Shown here piece by piece: positions 1 through 11,924 of a stretch of DNA of 27,201 bases (within the stretch, counting starts at the first letter, position 1; each line of letters opens with the position of its first letter). The stretch is from Myxococcales bacterium (GTDB lineage Bacteria; Myxococcota_A; Polyangia; Polyangiales; Polyangiaceae): NCBI GenBank assembly GCA_043747615.1, contig JAYTOU010000090.1, positions 1-27,201 on the forward strand, read 5' to 3'. Under the pieces are notes generated by a model. It searched no databases, was not told the DNA's origin, and saw nothing but the letters and a program-made list of their open reading frames with translations. Both the position numbers and the translations under genes were made by a program.

Positions 1-183
1 CGAGCAAGCCCTCTTGCCAACGTTCGCGAGGCCCACGCTCGCGATCGACGCCGCGTTGAGCGCCTCTTCATTCGAGGAGGAGGCTGAGGGATCCTCGCCG
101 GGCGCGGCCGAACAGCCGGGAACCAGGAGGGAGCCGACCGCGGTCGACAGGGCGAAGGCGAAGAGACGCGTAGTGGATTGCAT
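1..183 (-). CDS. Partial (runs off window) lipoprotein, possibly CHAP-type cell-wall hydrolase
   Basis: Not in the ORF track. Read by hand from ATG at 183: MQSTTRLFAFALSTAVGSLLVPGCSAAPGEDPSASSSNEEALNAASIASVGLANVGKRACS. It has a hydrophobic signal, a lipobox (VPGC) and a Ser-rich tether ending in EEAL. ANVGKxAC recalls the start of CHAP domains (from memory, unverified). Confidence 0.65.
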   Translation of the reverse strand, partial: MQSTTRLFAFALSTAVGSLLVPGCSAAPGEDPSASSSNEEALNAASIASVGLANVGKRACS

Positions 184-194
184 GAGTCACCCTT

Positions 195-211
195 ACGCAC
201 TCTTCGTGCCA
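195..211 (-). promoter_or_regulatory. Putative sigma-54 (-24/-12) promoter of the lipoprotein gene
   Basis: Minus strand reads TGGCACGAAGAGTGCGT: TGGCACG plus exact GG-N10-GC spacing, about 12 nt upstream of the ATG at 183. Confidence 0.5.
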
Positions 212-455
212 CGCTTTATACGCCAAAATCCCCGCAAAACGGGCCGTGTACGACATTACCCCAGATGGATCGGTTGGGTATCGTACGTCCACGGGTACGA
301 TCCACGTCGCGACGTCTCGCGATCCAAATCGCGGTCAGTCGCGCAGGAAAAGCAAGCGCGTTGCGGCCGAGCGGGCGTCATCGAGGCGATGCAGCCGCGT
401 TCGTCGTCGAGGGCCTTGCGCTCCACTCGGGTGGTGTTAGACAATAGTTATACAA

Positions 456-2770
<2,315 letters not shown>

Positions 2771-2774
<4 letters not shown>

Positions 2775-3826
2775 CATCTTCCCTTGCCCTCACCTCTCCC
2801 CCCTCGTCTGCGGTCTCGTCGGGATCGTTCCTCGATCTCCACACGAAGACCGATCAAGAGCTCGATTTGCTGCCGTACGGCGTCATTGCCCTCGACCGCG
2901 AAGGCACCGTCGTCCGCTACAACCGCGTCGAAGCACGCCTCGCGCGCCTCGATCGCGCCCTCGTTCTCGGCAAGAACTTCTTTCGCAAGATCGCTCCGTG
3001 CGCAGCGACGCCGGAGTTCGAGGGTCGCTTTCGAGCTTTCGCCGACGACCCCCGCGGCCCGTCGCGCCTACGCTTTGAGTACGTCTTCAATTTCCGATTC
3101 GGATCTCAAGAGGTGGACATCGACCTGGTGCGGTCTTCCTCGCCCGATCACGTTTACATCTGCGTCGGCCGCCGAGTCTTTCGTCAGGAGGCCGTGCGCC
3201 AAGTGCCCGGTGGCGCGCTCGACGGCATCGCTCTGTCCGAACTCGCGCCGGACGAAGCGAAGAAGGGGGTCGTTCGCGACGACGCCGATCGCCGCAACCT
3301 CGTCGTCGACGCGAGCTTCCTCGACGCGCTCAGCGCCGCCTATACGCGCGAGCCCCGCGGCACGCTCGAGGATCTCGGCGTCGCGTACGGGCGGCGCATC
3401 GCGATCGACCTGGAAGCCGAGGCGGGCGAATCGTTCGACGCCGGACTACGCGAGGTTCCCATCGTGACGCTGATGGAGATGATCGCCCGGTTGATCCGGC
3501 GGCAAGGCTGGGGCGCGCTCAGCGCCGATCTTCGCCCCGCCCGCGCAGGCGTGGTCATCTTCACGCTCGAGCGGAGCGCGCTCGCCGAGGCCCCGGGCAC
3601 GCTCGGAGCCAAGAGGTGCGCTCTCGTCGGCGGCATTTTGCGCGCGCTGCTCTCGCACGTTGCTTCGAGCCCCATGGTGGTGCGCGAGACGCACTGCGCG
3701 GCCGAAGGTGGTGGGGAGTGCACCTTCGTCGCGACGGGCGCGCGCCGCGAGGTCTTGCTCGACGATGCGATTGCAAAGGCCGGCAGCCTCGGCGACGTCC
3801 TCGGCGCGCTCGGTGACGGCGAGTGA
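2771..3826 (+). CDS. Photoactive yellow protein (PYP)-like PAS domain fused to a V4R (XylR/DmpR-sensor-like) domain
   Basis: ATG at 2771 overlaps the kinase stop (ATGA). LDLLPYGVIALDREGTVVRYNRVE...VLGKNFFRKIAPC...PEFEGRF...FEYVF aligns without gaps through the chromophore-binding core of PYP. The C-terminus has GWG...C283-X22-E306-X2-C309-X7-C317-TF, the V4R zinc site. Confidence 0.88.
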
Positions 3827-3850
3827 AGCCGTCGGTCGATAGCGGGAGCA

Positions 3851-3877
3851 CACGCCCCGTCAGCGCCGACGGGCGTG
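3851..3877 (+). terminator. GC-rich hairpin after the PYP-V4R gene
   Basis: CACGCCCCGTC-AGCGCC-GACGGGCGTG is a 10-bp stem with one bulge, lying between convergent genes. No U-tract. Confidence 0.35.
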
Positions 3878-4143
3878 ACGTGCGGAAAACCTCAGCGCGC
3901 TTCTTCGCGGAGATGCCCTGGGACGGTGCGCGCGGGCAGCAGGACCCACGGGAGTGGCCCGCGTCGCGCTTCCTGGAGCTCCTCTGCGGACCGACCGAAT
4001 GAGAGTCGCCTCCTCACTCGAGGGGAATCATTTGACGTCGACCTGACGTGCACCGAGCCGGCCACTCGTTAGGCAAAAGAGCTACCGACGGGTGGACGCG
4101 GTCGCACGAAGAAGGTCGCTGCCGGTTGATCTGAAGCGGCTCC

Positions 4144-5124
4144 TCACGATTGTCGGCGGCGTGTGTGGTCCAGACGCGTGAGCGTTTCTTTCATGTCGTC
4201 GGGCATCGGCTCTTCCCAGTGCATCGGAGAGTTGGTTGCAGGATGCACGAACCCCAGCTCGGTCGCGTGAAGCATCAGGCGTGGCGCGGGGATCAGCTCG
4301 CCCGAGAAATGCCGGCTGTACACGCGGTCGCCCAAGATAGGATGCCCGGACTCGCTCAAGTGAATGCGGATCTGGTGGGTCCGCCCCGTCTCCAGCTTGC
4401 ACGAGATGAGCGTCGCTCCGTCGAGCTTCTCCAGAGCCTCGACGTGGGTGATCGCGAGCTGTCCTTCTTGCCCGCCCGTCCCGCGCATTCCCCGCGCGCG
4501 CATCGCTTCGAGTGAGCCGCGAAGACCGTCGCCGCGATCTTGGACGAGGTGCGTGGTGATGGTCAGGGACTTCACCTCGCCGTGCGCGATCGCCAAGTAA
4601 CGCCTCTTCGTGGTGTGCTCGCGAAACTGCTGCGTGAGGCTTTTTTTCGCGAGCCATGAGCGGGTGAAGACGAGGAGCCCAGACGTCTCCTTGTCGAGGC
4701 GATGCACAATGCCCAGCGCGGGCCGCGCCCCTTTGTTTTTTTCGCGACGGGCGAGGAGGTCGCGCACCCGCTCATCGAGGGTGCCCGTCTCCGATTCGTC
4801 GTAGGGGACGGTGCTGACGCCGGGCGGCTTGTTGACCACGACCACGTGCGTGTCGAGAAAGACGATGCGTTTGTCTTCGAGGGAATTTGGGCGCGGCCTG
4901 GGAGCGTTCATCTGGAGCAAAAGATGCGTTCCACCCCTGACCAGCCGGCGCGAGTCGACCGTGACCACCCCATCGAGCTGTATTTTACCCCCCGCGATCC
5001 AGTCCCGCGCCTTGGTCCAGGACACGTCGAAAAGGGTGCGGACCACGATGTCGAGAGGCTTTTTAGCCAGGGTTTCGGGGATTTCGTGGCGCTGATCGCG
5101 CTGCTGGGGGGTCGTCTTGGTCAT
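4144..5124 (-). CDS. RluA/RluD-family pseudouridine synthase
   Basis: N-terminal S4-like region, VVVNKPPG, catalytic IVHRLDKETSG, LETGRTHQIRIH, HPILGDRVY and RLMLHA motifs. Confidence 0.95.
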   Translation of the reverse strand: MTKTTPQQRDQRHEIPETLAKKPLDIVVRTLFDVSWTKARDWIAGGKIQLDGVVTVDSRRLVRGGTHLLLQMNAPRPRPNSLEDKRIVFLDTHVVVVNKPPGVSTVPYDESETGTLDERVRDLLARREKNKGARPALGIVHRLDKETSGLLVFTRSWLAKKSLTQQFREHTTKRRYLAIAHGEVKSLTITTHLVQDRGDGLRGSLEAMRARGMRGTGGQEGQLAITHVEALEKLDGATLISCKLETGRTHQIRIHLSESGHPILGDRVYSRHFSGELIPAPRLMLHATELGFVHPATNSPMHWEEPMPDDMKETLTRLDHTRRRQS

Positions 5125-5142
5125 CGGTCCGGTTCACCAATA

Positions 5143-5172
5143 TTGACACGTCGCAACTGTCCTCTTCACAAT
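5143..5172 (+). promoter_or_regulatory. Putative sigma-70-type promoter for romR
   Basis: Perfect TTGACA (5143-5148), 18-nt spacer, then CACAAT (5167-5172), in the divergent intergenic region. Confidence 0.4.
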
Positions 5173-5251
5173 CGCACGAGACTTTCGAGTATCGTACGAC
5201 AGTCCGTGTCCTGACCCCACCAGCAAACTACTGGAACCTGAGGAGCCATCT

Positions 5252-6139
5252 GTGCCGAAGACCCTGCTCGCTGTCGATGACAGCGCCACGATGCGTAAGG
5301 TTCTCGAAATCACGTTCGGTGGTGATGACTTCACGGTGATTACCGCCGACGGGCGCGACACGGCCCTCGCGAAGCTCGCCGAGCAACCGACGGTCGTTCT
5401 CATCGACGCGGCTCTCACCGGCGATGGCTACGCGCTCTGCCAGGAGATCCGAAAACGCGATCCCAACGTCACCGTCGTTCTTCTCTCCAGCCGCTACAAT
5501 CCGTACGACGCAGCCCGCGGCAAAGACGTCGGCGCCGACGATTTCATGGACAAGCCGTTCGACACGCAAGCGGCGATCGACAAGGTCCGCAAGGCGGTTC
5601 TCGCGCGCGAGAGCGGCGCTCCTTCGCACGTAGCGGCAGCGCCTGCACCTACGCCCCAAACGTCCCCCTCGAATCAAGCGGTCGTCGCGCCCGCAGCAGC
5701 TGCGCCTCCGCCTGCCAAGCCCGCCGCTCCCCCCGTGAAGTCGCGTTCGGCAACGTTGATGTTCGACTCGAACGTTCCTGCGCCGAAGCCGATGTCCGCG
5801 GTCGCTCCCCCACACGCCGCGCCTCCGCCCGCTGCCGTGCAGGCTGCGCCCGCGCCGATTCCCGCACCCGCGTCGATCGCCCTCGCCCCGCCCGCCGCCA
5901 CGTTCCATCACGCTCCAGCCGCGGCTCCAGCACATGCGCCCGCGCCCACGGCGGTCGCCACGGCAGTGAACGGACACCTGTCGTCGAAGCTCGGTGATCT
6001 CGGACTCACCCCGCAGCAAGCAGACGCGGTGATGGCACTCTCACGCGAAGTCGTCGAACGCATCGTGTGGGAAGTCGTCCCGCAGCTCGCCGAGGCACTC
6101 ATCAAAGAAGAGATCGCCCGGCTCACGAAAGAAGGCTGA
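5252..6139 (+). CDS. romR: RomR-like polarity response regulator
   Basis: Receiver domain (AVDDS, LID, KPFD), Pro/Ala-rich linker and a C-terminal LSREVVERIVWEVVPQLAEALIKEEIARL helix typical of RomR. Lies next to valS as in Myxococcus. GGAG precedes the GTG start. Confidence 0.85.
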   Translation: MPKTLLAVDDSATMRKVLEITFGGDDFTVITADGRDTALAKLAEQPTVVLIDAALTGDGYALCQEIRKRDPNVTVVLLSSRYNPYDAARGKDVGADDFMDKPFDTQAAIDKVRKAVLARESGAPSHVAAAPAPTPQTSPSNQAVVAPAAAAPPPAKPAAPPVKSRSATLMFDSNVPAPKPMSAVAPPHAAPPPAAVQAAPAPIPAPASIALAPPAATFHHAPAAAPAHAPAPTAVATAVNGHLSSKLGDLGLTPQQADAVMALSREVVERIVWEVVPQLAEALIKEEIARLTKEG

Positions 6140-6208
6140 TCCTCTGGAAATCCGGAGGGCGCGTGCGCTCTCACGGCGTGGCGCGATCCATGGTATTTCA
6201 GCGGCCAC

Positions 6209-9031
6209 ATGACTGACGAAGACATCAACCCCGGCGCCGCGACCGAGCGCATTGGGGCGTACGACCCGCGCGAGGTCGAAGAGAGCTGGTACGCCTTCTG
6301 GGAAAATCACGGCGTCTTCGACGCCTCGGACGATCCCAACGACACGCGGCCGGTCTATGTCATTCCGATGCCGCCGCCCAATGTCACGGGCTCGCTACAC
6401 ATGGGCCACGCCCAGCGCTGCACGCTCGAGGACGCGCTCATTCGCTGGCACCGCATGCGCGGGTTCAACGCGCTGTGGCAGCCGGGAATGGACCACGCAG
6501 GGATCGCGACCCAGACCGTGGTCGAGCGCCAGCTTCAGCGCGAGGGAAAGACGAAACAAGATCTCGGACGGGCGGCGTTCGAAGAGCGGGTGTGGAAGTG
6601 GAAGGCCGAGAGCGGCGGACGCATCGCGGAGCAGCAGCGCGTCCTAGGAGCCTCGCCCGATTGGCGGCGCTCTAAGTTCACGATGGACGCGGACATGAAC
6701 CGCGCAGTGAAAGAAGCCTTCGTGCGCCTCTACGAGGACGGCCTCATGTACCGGGCGACGCGGCTCATCAACTGGTGCCCCGAGTGCAAGACCGCGCTCT
6801 CCGACCTCGAGGTCGACAACGAAGAGGGCGCGAACGGGGAGCTCTTCGAGTTTGCGTACAAAGTGGAAGGTAGCGAGCATGAAGAAATCATCGTCGCCAC
6901 CACCCGACCAGAGACCATGCTCGGAGACACCGCGGTCGCCGTTCACTCCGCTGATCCGCGCTACACGCATCTCCACGGGAAACGGCTGGCGCACCCATTT
7001 TTACCGCGCAGCGTGCCGGTCATTACCGACGACATCCTAGTCGATCCGAAGTTCGGGACGGGCGCGGTGAAGGTCACTCCCGCGCACGACTTCAACGACT
7101 TCGCGACGGGCAAGCGCCACCACCTCGAGGAGATCAACATCTTCAACCTCGACGGCAGCATGAACGAGCACACCGGCCAGTTCGCGGGCCTCGATCGCAA
7201 GCGCGCGCGCACCGCGGTGAAGGCCGCCCTCGACGAGAAAGGGCTCGCCCGCGGATCGAAGCCGCACGTTCTCACGCTCCCGCGATGCCAGCGCTCCGGC
7301 GGAGTGGTCGAGCCGATGATCTCCACGCAGTGGTTCTTGAAGATGGAGGGGATGGCGAAGGCTGCGGTCGACGCCGTCAATCAAGGCAAGACGGAGATCA
7401 TCCCCGTCGAGTGGAAGAAGACGTACGACCACTTCCTCGACAACATCCAGGACTGGTGCGTCTCGCGTCAGCTGTGGTGGGGCCATCAGATCCCGGCATG
7501 GCACGGCCCGAACGGAGAGATCCGCGTGGGGCGGGAGCGCCCTCCGGAGTGCGCCAACGAGAAGGAGTGGACCCAGGATCCCGACGTCCTCGATACGTGG
7601 TTCTCCAGCGCACTGTGGCCGATGGCGACGCAGGGCTGGCCGGAGAAGACGAACGCTCTCGCAAAATTCTACCCTGCGAGCGATCTCGAGACGGGCTACG
7701 ACATCCTATTTTTTTGGGTGGCCCGCATGATGATGTTCGGGCTCTACTTCATGGGCGAAGTGCCCTTCAAGCGCGTGCTCCTGTCCGGTCTCATCGTCGA
7801 CGAGACAGGGGAAAAGATGAGCAAGGTGAAGGGCAACGTGATCGATCCGCTGGACTTGATCCACGGCGCCACGTTCACCGAGGTCACGAAGAAGACACTC
7901 CCAGGCGCGCCCGAGGCAGAGGCCCTCGCCAAGTTCAAGAAGGCGTACCCCTCGGCCGCGAGCATGGGCACGGGGTTTCCGGCGTTCGGTGCCGATGCTC
8001 TTCGCTACACCCTCGCTACGTTTCCGCCGACGGCCAAGCGCATCGCCCTCGCCCCGAAGCGCATCGAAGGCTACCGCTTCTTCGTGAACAAGATCTGGAA
8101 CGCGACGAAGTTCGCGCTCCAGTATTTGGATGGCGTCGAGATCGACAAGACGCCCCCCAAGGTGACGGGGCTCTACAACCGCTGGATCCTCTCGCGCCTC
8201 GAGCACGCCACCGAAGTCGCCAACGCTGGCTTCGATACCTTCCGCATCGACGACAGCGCGAACGAGGCCTACCGCTTTTTCTGGAACGACTTCTGTGATT
8301 GGTACCTCGAGCTGACGAAGACCATCCTGAGCGAGAATTCTCCGGAAGCGAAATTCGCCTTGGAAACAAGGCAAACGCTGGCCTTCGTTCTCGAGGCCTC
8401 GCTCCGGCTCGTGCATCCGCTCATGCCCTACGCGTCCGAGGAGCTGTGGCACAAGGTGCCGCGGCCGAAGGATCATCCGGCGTCGATCGCGCTCGCTCCG
8501 TATCCCGCAAAGGGGGCCATGGGAGACGCCGCGACCGAAGCGGAGATGGAAATCTTGAAGGCCGTGATCTCTGCCGCGCGCACCATCCGCAGCGAGCACG
8601 AGGTTCACCCTGCGGCTCTCGTACCGCTCAGCATCCGGAGCGCGAGCGCCGAGCTCCGGGCCAAGCTCGCGAAGAACACCTTCGCCATCCAGACAATGGT
8701 GAAGACGGATTCGGCGCCGAAGTTCGAAGAGTTCGGACTGGCGCGCGCGGCGGGCGCGGTGGTGACCGTCGTACCCACGACGCAGGGATCCATCGAAGTG
8801 ATGGTCGGTCTAAAGGGGCTGGTCGCACCGGAGAAAGAAATTTCGCGGATCGATCGCGAGCTCAAGAAGCTCGAGAAGGAAATCGTCGCGCAGCAGAAGA
8901 AGCTGGAAAACAAGGGTTTCGTCGATCGCGCGCCCCCCGCGGTGATCGACGAAGCAAGGGCCCAGCTCGGGAGCATGAGCGAGGCGCGTGAGCGTCTGCT
9001 CGAGTCGAAAACGCTCGCCGAGGAGCTCTGA
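6209..9031 (+). CDS. valS: Valine--tRNA ligase
   Basis: PPPNVTGSLHMGH (HIGH), ATTRPET, GTGAVKVTPAHD, DWCVSRQLWWGH, KMSK and a C-terminal coiled coil (FVDRAP). Confidence 0.98.
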   Translation: MTDEDINPGAATERIGAYDPREVEESWYAFWENHGVFDASDDPNDTRPVYVIPMPPPNVTGSLHMGHAQRCTLEDALIRWHRMRGFNALWQPGMDHAGIATQTVVERQLQREGKTKQDLGRAAFEERVWKWKAESGGRIAEQQRVLGASPDWRRSKFTMDADMNRAVKEAFVRLYEDGLMYRATRLINWCPECKTALSDLEVDNEEGANGELFEFAYKVEGSEHEEIIVATTRPETMLGDTAVAVHSADPRYTHLHGKRLAHPFLPRSVPVITDDILVDPKFGTGAVKVTPAHDFNDFATGKRHHLEEINIFNLDGSMNEHTGQFAGLDRKRARTAVKAALDEKGLARGSKPHVLTLPRCQRSGGVVEPMISTQWFLKMEGMAKAAVDAVNQGKTEIIPVEWKKTYDHFLDNIQDWCVSRQLWWGHQIPAWHGPNGEIRVGRERPPECANEKEWTQDPDVLDTWFSSALWPMATQGWPEKTNALAKFYPASDLETGYDILFFWVARMMMFGLYFMGEVPFKRVLLSGLIVDETGEKMSKVKGNVIDPLDLIHGATFTEVTKKTLPGAPEAEALAKFKKAYPSAASMGTGFPAFGADALRYTLATFPPTAKRIALAPKRIEGYRFFVNKIWNATKFALQYLDGVEIDKTPPKVTGLYNRWILSRLEHATEVANAGFDTFRIDDSANEAYRFFWNDFCDWYLELTKTILSENSPEAKFALETRQTLAFVLEASLRLVHPLMPYASEELWHKVPRPKDHPASIALAPYPAKGAMGDAATEAEMEILKAVISAARTIRSEHEVHPAALVPLSIRSASAELRAKLAKNTFAIQTMVKTDSAPKFEEFGLARAAGAVVTVVPTTQGSIEVMVGLKGLVAPEKEISRIDRELKKLEKEIVAQQKKLENKGFVDRAPPAVIDEARAQLGSMSEARERLLESKTLAEEL

Positions 9032-10527
9032 TGCTGCCGCGTGCGGGGCAGCCAAGTGGATTGGCCCTCGCCGCGGCGATCAAGGCGGCGCTCGCCCAGG
9101 TGAAGAAATCCGCCGACGTGCGCTACGCCGAAGTGCGCTTCGTGGAAGAGACCGCAGAGCGCCTTCGCGTTCGTGACGGACGACCCGAGACCGTGTCTTC
9201 GTCGGAGTCGCGCGGCGTGGGGGTTCGCGTCCTTGCCCGGGCGGCGTGGGGCTTTGCCTCCACTCCAGATTGCAGCGAGCAAGGGATCGCCCTCGCCGCC
9301 GAACGTGCCCTCCGCGTGGCGCGAGCCTCAGGACGCGTGGCGCAGGCGCCGGTTGTCTTTCCCGAGCGAGAGGCTTCGTGCGGAACGTACGACACGGGCT
9401 TGGAAGTCGATCCCTTCGCCATCTTGATCGAGGAGAAGCTCGCCGAGCTCGAAAAAGCGGTCGCTGCGCTCCTCAAAGGCGGAAAGCCAATCCGGTCGGC
9501 CGAAGCATGGATGGGCTGGACGCGCGTCTACAAGCGCCTCATCAGCACCGAAGGAACGGACACCTCGCAGTCGTTCACGTACGGCGCGTGCGGCATGCAA
9601 GTCGTCGCCGGTGACGATGCGGGGGCGACGCAGACCCGCAGCTACCCGACGAACGAGGGGAGCGAAGGCTTCCAGGGCGGATACGAACGGGTCCGTGCGC
9701 TCGACTTGATGGGGCACACCGAGGAGATTCGCGACGAAGCGATCGCACTCCTCACCGCCCCGCCCTGCCCCGAAGGGACGCGCGATCTCCTCGTCGAATC
9801 GAGCCAAATGGCGCTGCAGATCCACGAGTCGTGCGGTCACCCTGCGGAGCTCGATCGCGCTCTCGGTACGGAGATTTCGCTGGCCGGCGGCTCGTTCTTG
9901 CAACCATCGATGCTGGGAAAGCTCCGCTACGGATCGAAGCTCGTCAACCTCGTGGCCGACGCAACCAGCGACGGGGGCATGGGCACGTTCGGCTGGGACG
10001 ACGAAGGGGTGGCCGCCGGGACGCACCTGCTCGTGCGCGAAGGAATGTTCATCGACTACCTGTCGAGCCGCGAGACAGCGGCCGCCCTCGGACGCGAGTC
10101 CACGGGAACGATGCGCGCGGACGGCTGGGGCCGCCTCCCCCTCATCCGCATGGTGAACGTCTCTCTCGATCCGCGCGCGGGCACCCTCACCGATCTCGTG
10201 GCCGACACCAAGGACGGCATTCTCGTCTCCACCAACAAGAGCTGGAGCATCGACGACATCCGCCTCAACTTTCAGTTTTCCTGCGAGATCGCCTGGGAAA
10301 TCAAGGGCGGGAAGCGCGCGCGCATTCTCCGTGATCCGCGGTACACGGGCATCACCCCTAGCTTCTGGGGCTCGTGCGAGGCCATCTGCGGAAAGAGCGA
10401 CTGGCGTCTGTGGGGCATCAACAACTGCGGCAAGGGAGATCCGATGCAGCTGATGCAGGTCGGTCATGGCGCGGCGCCTGCGCTGTTCCGTGGGGTCACC
10501 GTGGGCAACGCGGGGAGAAGCGCGTGA
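9031..10527 (+). CDS. tldD: TldD-family metalloprotease
   Basis: HESCGHPAELDR zinc motif, FGWDDEG and C-terminal CGKGDPMQ. Overlaps the valS stop (TGATG). True start may be slightly downstream. Confidence 0.92.
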   Translation: MLPRAGQPSGLALAAAIKAALAQVKKSADVRYAEVRFVEETAERLRVRDGRPETVSSSESRGVGVRVLARAAWGFASTPDCSEQGIALAAERALRVARASGRVAQAPVVFPEREASCGTYDTGLEVDPFAILIEEKLAELEKAVAALLKGGKPIRSAEAWMGWTRVYKRLISTEGTDTSQSFTYGACGMQVVAGDDAGATQTRSYPTNEGSEGFQGGYERVRALDLMGHTEEIRDEAIALLTAPPCPEGTRDLLVESSQMALQIHESCGHPAELDRALGTEISLAGGSFLQPSMLGKLRYGSKLVNLVADATSDGGMGTFGWDDEGVAAGTHLLVREGMFIDYLSSRETAAALGRESTGTMRADGWGRLPLIRMVNVSLDPRAGTLTDLVADTKDGILVSTNKSWSIDDIRLNFQFSCEIAWEIKGGKRARILRDPRYTGITPSFWGSCEAICGKSDWRLWGINNCGKGDPMQLMQVGHGAAPALFRGVTVGNAGRSA

Positions 10528-11921
10528 CCGGGCAAGAATTACTTGTACTCTGCAAAGATGTCCTTGCCCGCGCCGGCGAGGCCGAGGTCGAGATCTCCGC
10601 GCGCAGCCAGGATCGCGGCATCGCCCGTTTCGCGGTGGGAGAGCTCGGGCAGCACATGGAGGTCTCGGAGCCGCTCGCCGTCGTACGCGTCGCCCATGGA
10701 AAGAAGGTGGCGGAGGTCGCCACGAGCCGTCTCGATCCAGAAGGGCTTTTGCGCGCAATCAGTCAGGCCGCCAAGGTTTGTCGCCTCGTCCCGGAGTCGG
10801 AAACCTTTTCGGGCTTTGCCACGCAGGACCAGACCGCAGCCAGCAATCCACCTCGATTCTCGGCGCACACGGCGGGGGCAACGGCGGACGACCGCACGTC
10901 GCTCCTCGATCCGGCCCTCCGAAAGATCAGAGAAGCGGGCTTCATCAGCGCAGGCGTTCTCGACACGACCCTCACCTCCTTTGCCGTCGCGACCACCCGC
11001 GGGTGCGGGCGCGCGCACGACGCCACGACCGCGTCGTTCAAGGTGTGGGCCCTCGAGACGGCGGGCGGCGGCGGAGCGGCGGGATTCGGCAGCCACCTCC
11101 ACCGCGACGTCGGAGCCCTTCGCATCGCGGAGCAAACGGAGCGCGCCATCGAGAGCTGCGCCCGAGGCAGAAACCCTCGCTCGATGGAAGCCGGCAGCTA
11201 CGACGTGGTGATGGAGCCGGCAGCGGTGACGGTGCTCCTCGAATGGCTGGGCACGATCGCCTTCATGGCCTCCGAGGTCGAGCAGGGCACGAGCCCGCTC
11301 GCAGGTCGCATGGAGTCGCGCATCACGGGCCCTCGGGTGACGATCATCGAAGATCCGACCGACGCGAGCGACCTCGGATTCGGCGCCCCGTTCGATCGCG
11401 AGGGCGTGTCGAGGCGAAGGGTCACGCTCGTGGAAGAGGGCATCGCCCGCGGGGTCCTCTACGACCGGATGCACGCCTCACGCATGGGCGCCGACTCCAC
11501 GGGGAGCGCGCTCCCACCCGAGTCGAGCGTCAGCGGTTCGAGCATCGCCGCAAGCTGCATGCAGCTCGGAGGCGGCGAGGCGAAGAGCGTAGAAGAGCTT
11601 ATTTCCGGCGTCGATCGCGGACTCTATGTGTGCAGACTACACTATGTGAACGGCTTCCTCGAGCCGCGCCGGGCGGTGATGACCGGCCTCACGCGTGACG
11701 GCTGTTTCCTCATCGAGGGAGGAAAAATCGTGGCTCCCGTGGGTAACATGCGCTTCACCGACAGCTTCCTCGAAGGGCTCGAGCGCTGCGACGCCATGAC
11801 GTCGGCCCGCGCGGCGGTCCCCACGTGGTTCACCGATGCCGGCGCGATCGTCGCCCCCGCGATCCGGATGCGCCAGTTTCGATTCAACGGGCGGAGCCAA
11901 GAGCTCCCCAAGGTGGACTAG
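10524..11921 (+). CDS. tldE: TldE/PmbA-family protein
   Basis: GTG at 10524 overlaps the tldD stop (GTGA). Motifs YDVVMEPAAV, PFDREG, TGLTRDG and PVGNMRF are present. No HExxxH, as expected for the non-catalytic partner. Confidence 0.88.
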   Translation: MTGQELLVLCKDVLARAGEAEVEISARSQDRGIARFAVGELGQHMEVSEPLAVVRVAHGKKVAEVATSRLDPEGLLRAISQAAKVCRLVPESETFSGFATQDQTAASNPPRFSAHTAGATADDRTSLLDPALRKIREAGFISAGVLDTTLTSFAVATTRGCGRAHDATTASFKVWALETAGGGGAAGFGSHLHRDVGALRIAEQTERAIESCARGRNPRSMEAGSYDVVMEPAAVTVLLEWLGTIAFMASEVEQGTSPLAGRMESRITGPRVTIIEDPTDASDLGFGAPFDREGVSRRRVTLVEEGIARGVLYDRMHASRMGADSTGSALPPESSVSGSSIAASCMQLGGGEAKSVEELISGVDRGLYVCRLHYVNGFLEPRRAVMTGLTRDGCFLIEGGKIVAPVGNMRFTDSFLEGLERCDAMTSARAAVPTWFTDAGAIVAPAIRMRQFRFNGRSQELPKVD

Positions 11922-11924
11922 CGC

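Noticed and set aside
7810..8000. ValRS KMSKV variant and insert after KMSK
   Set aside because: A similar helical insert occurs in proteobacterial ValRS, and a single-residue variation of KMSKS is unremarkable.
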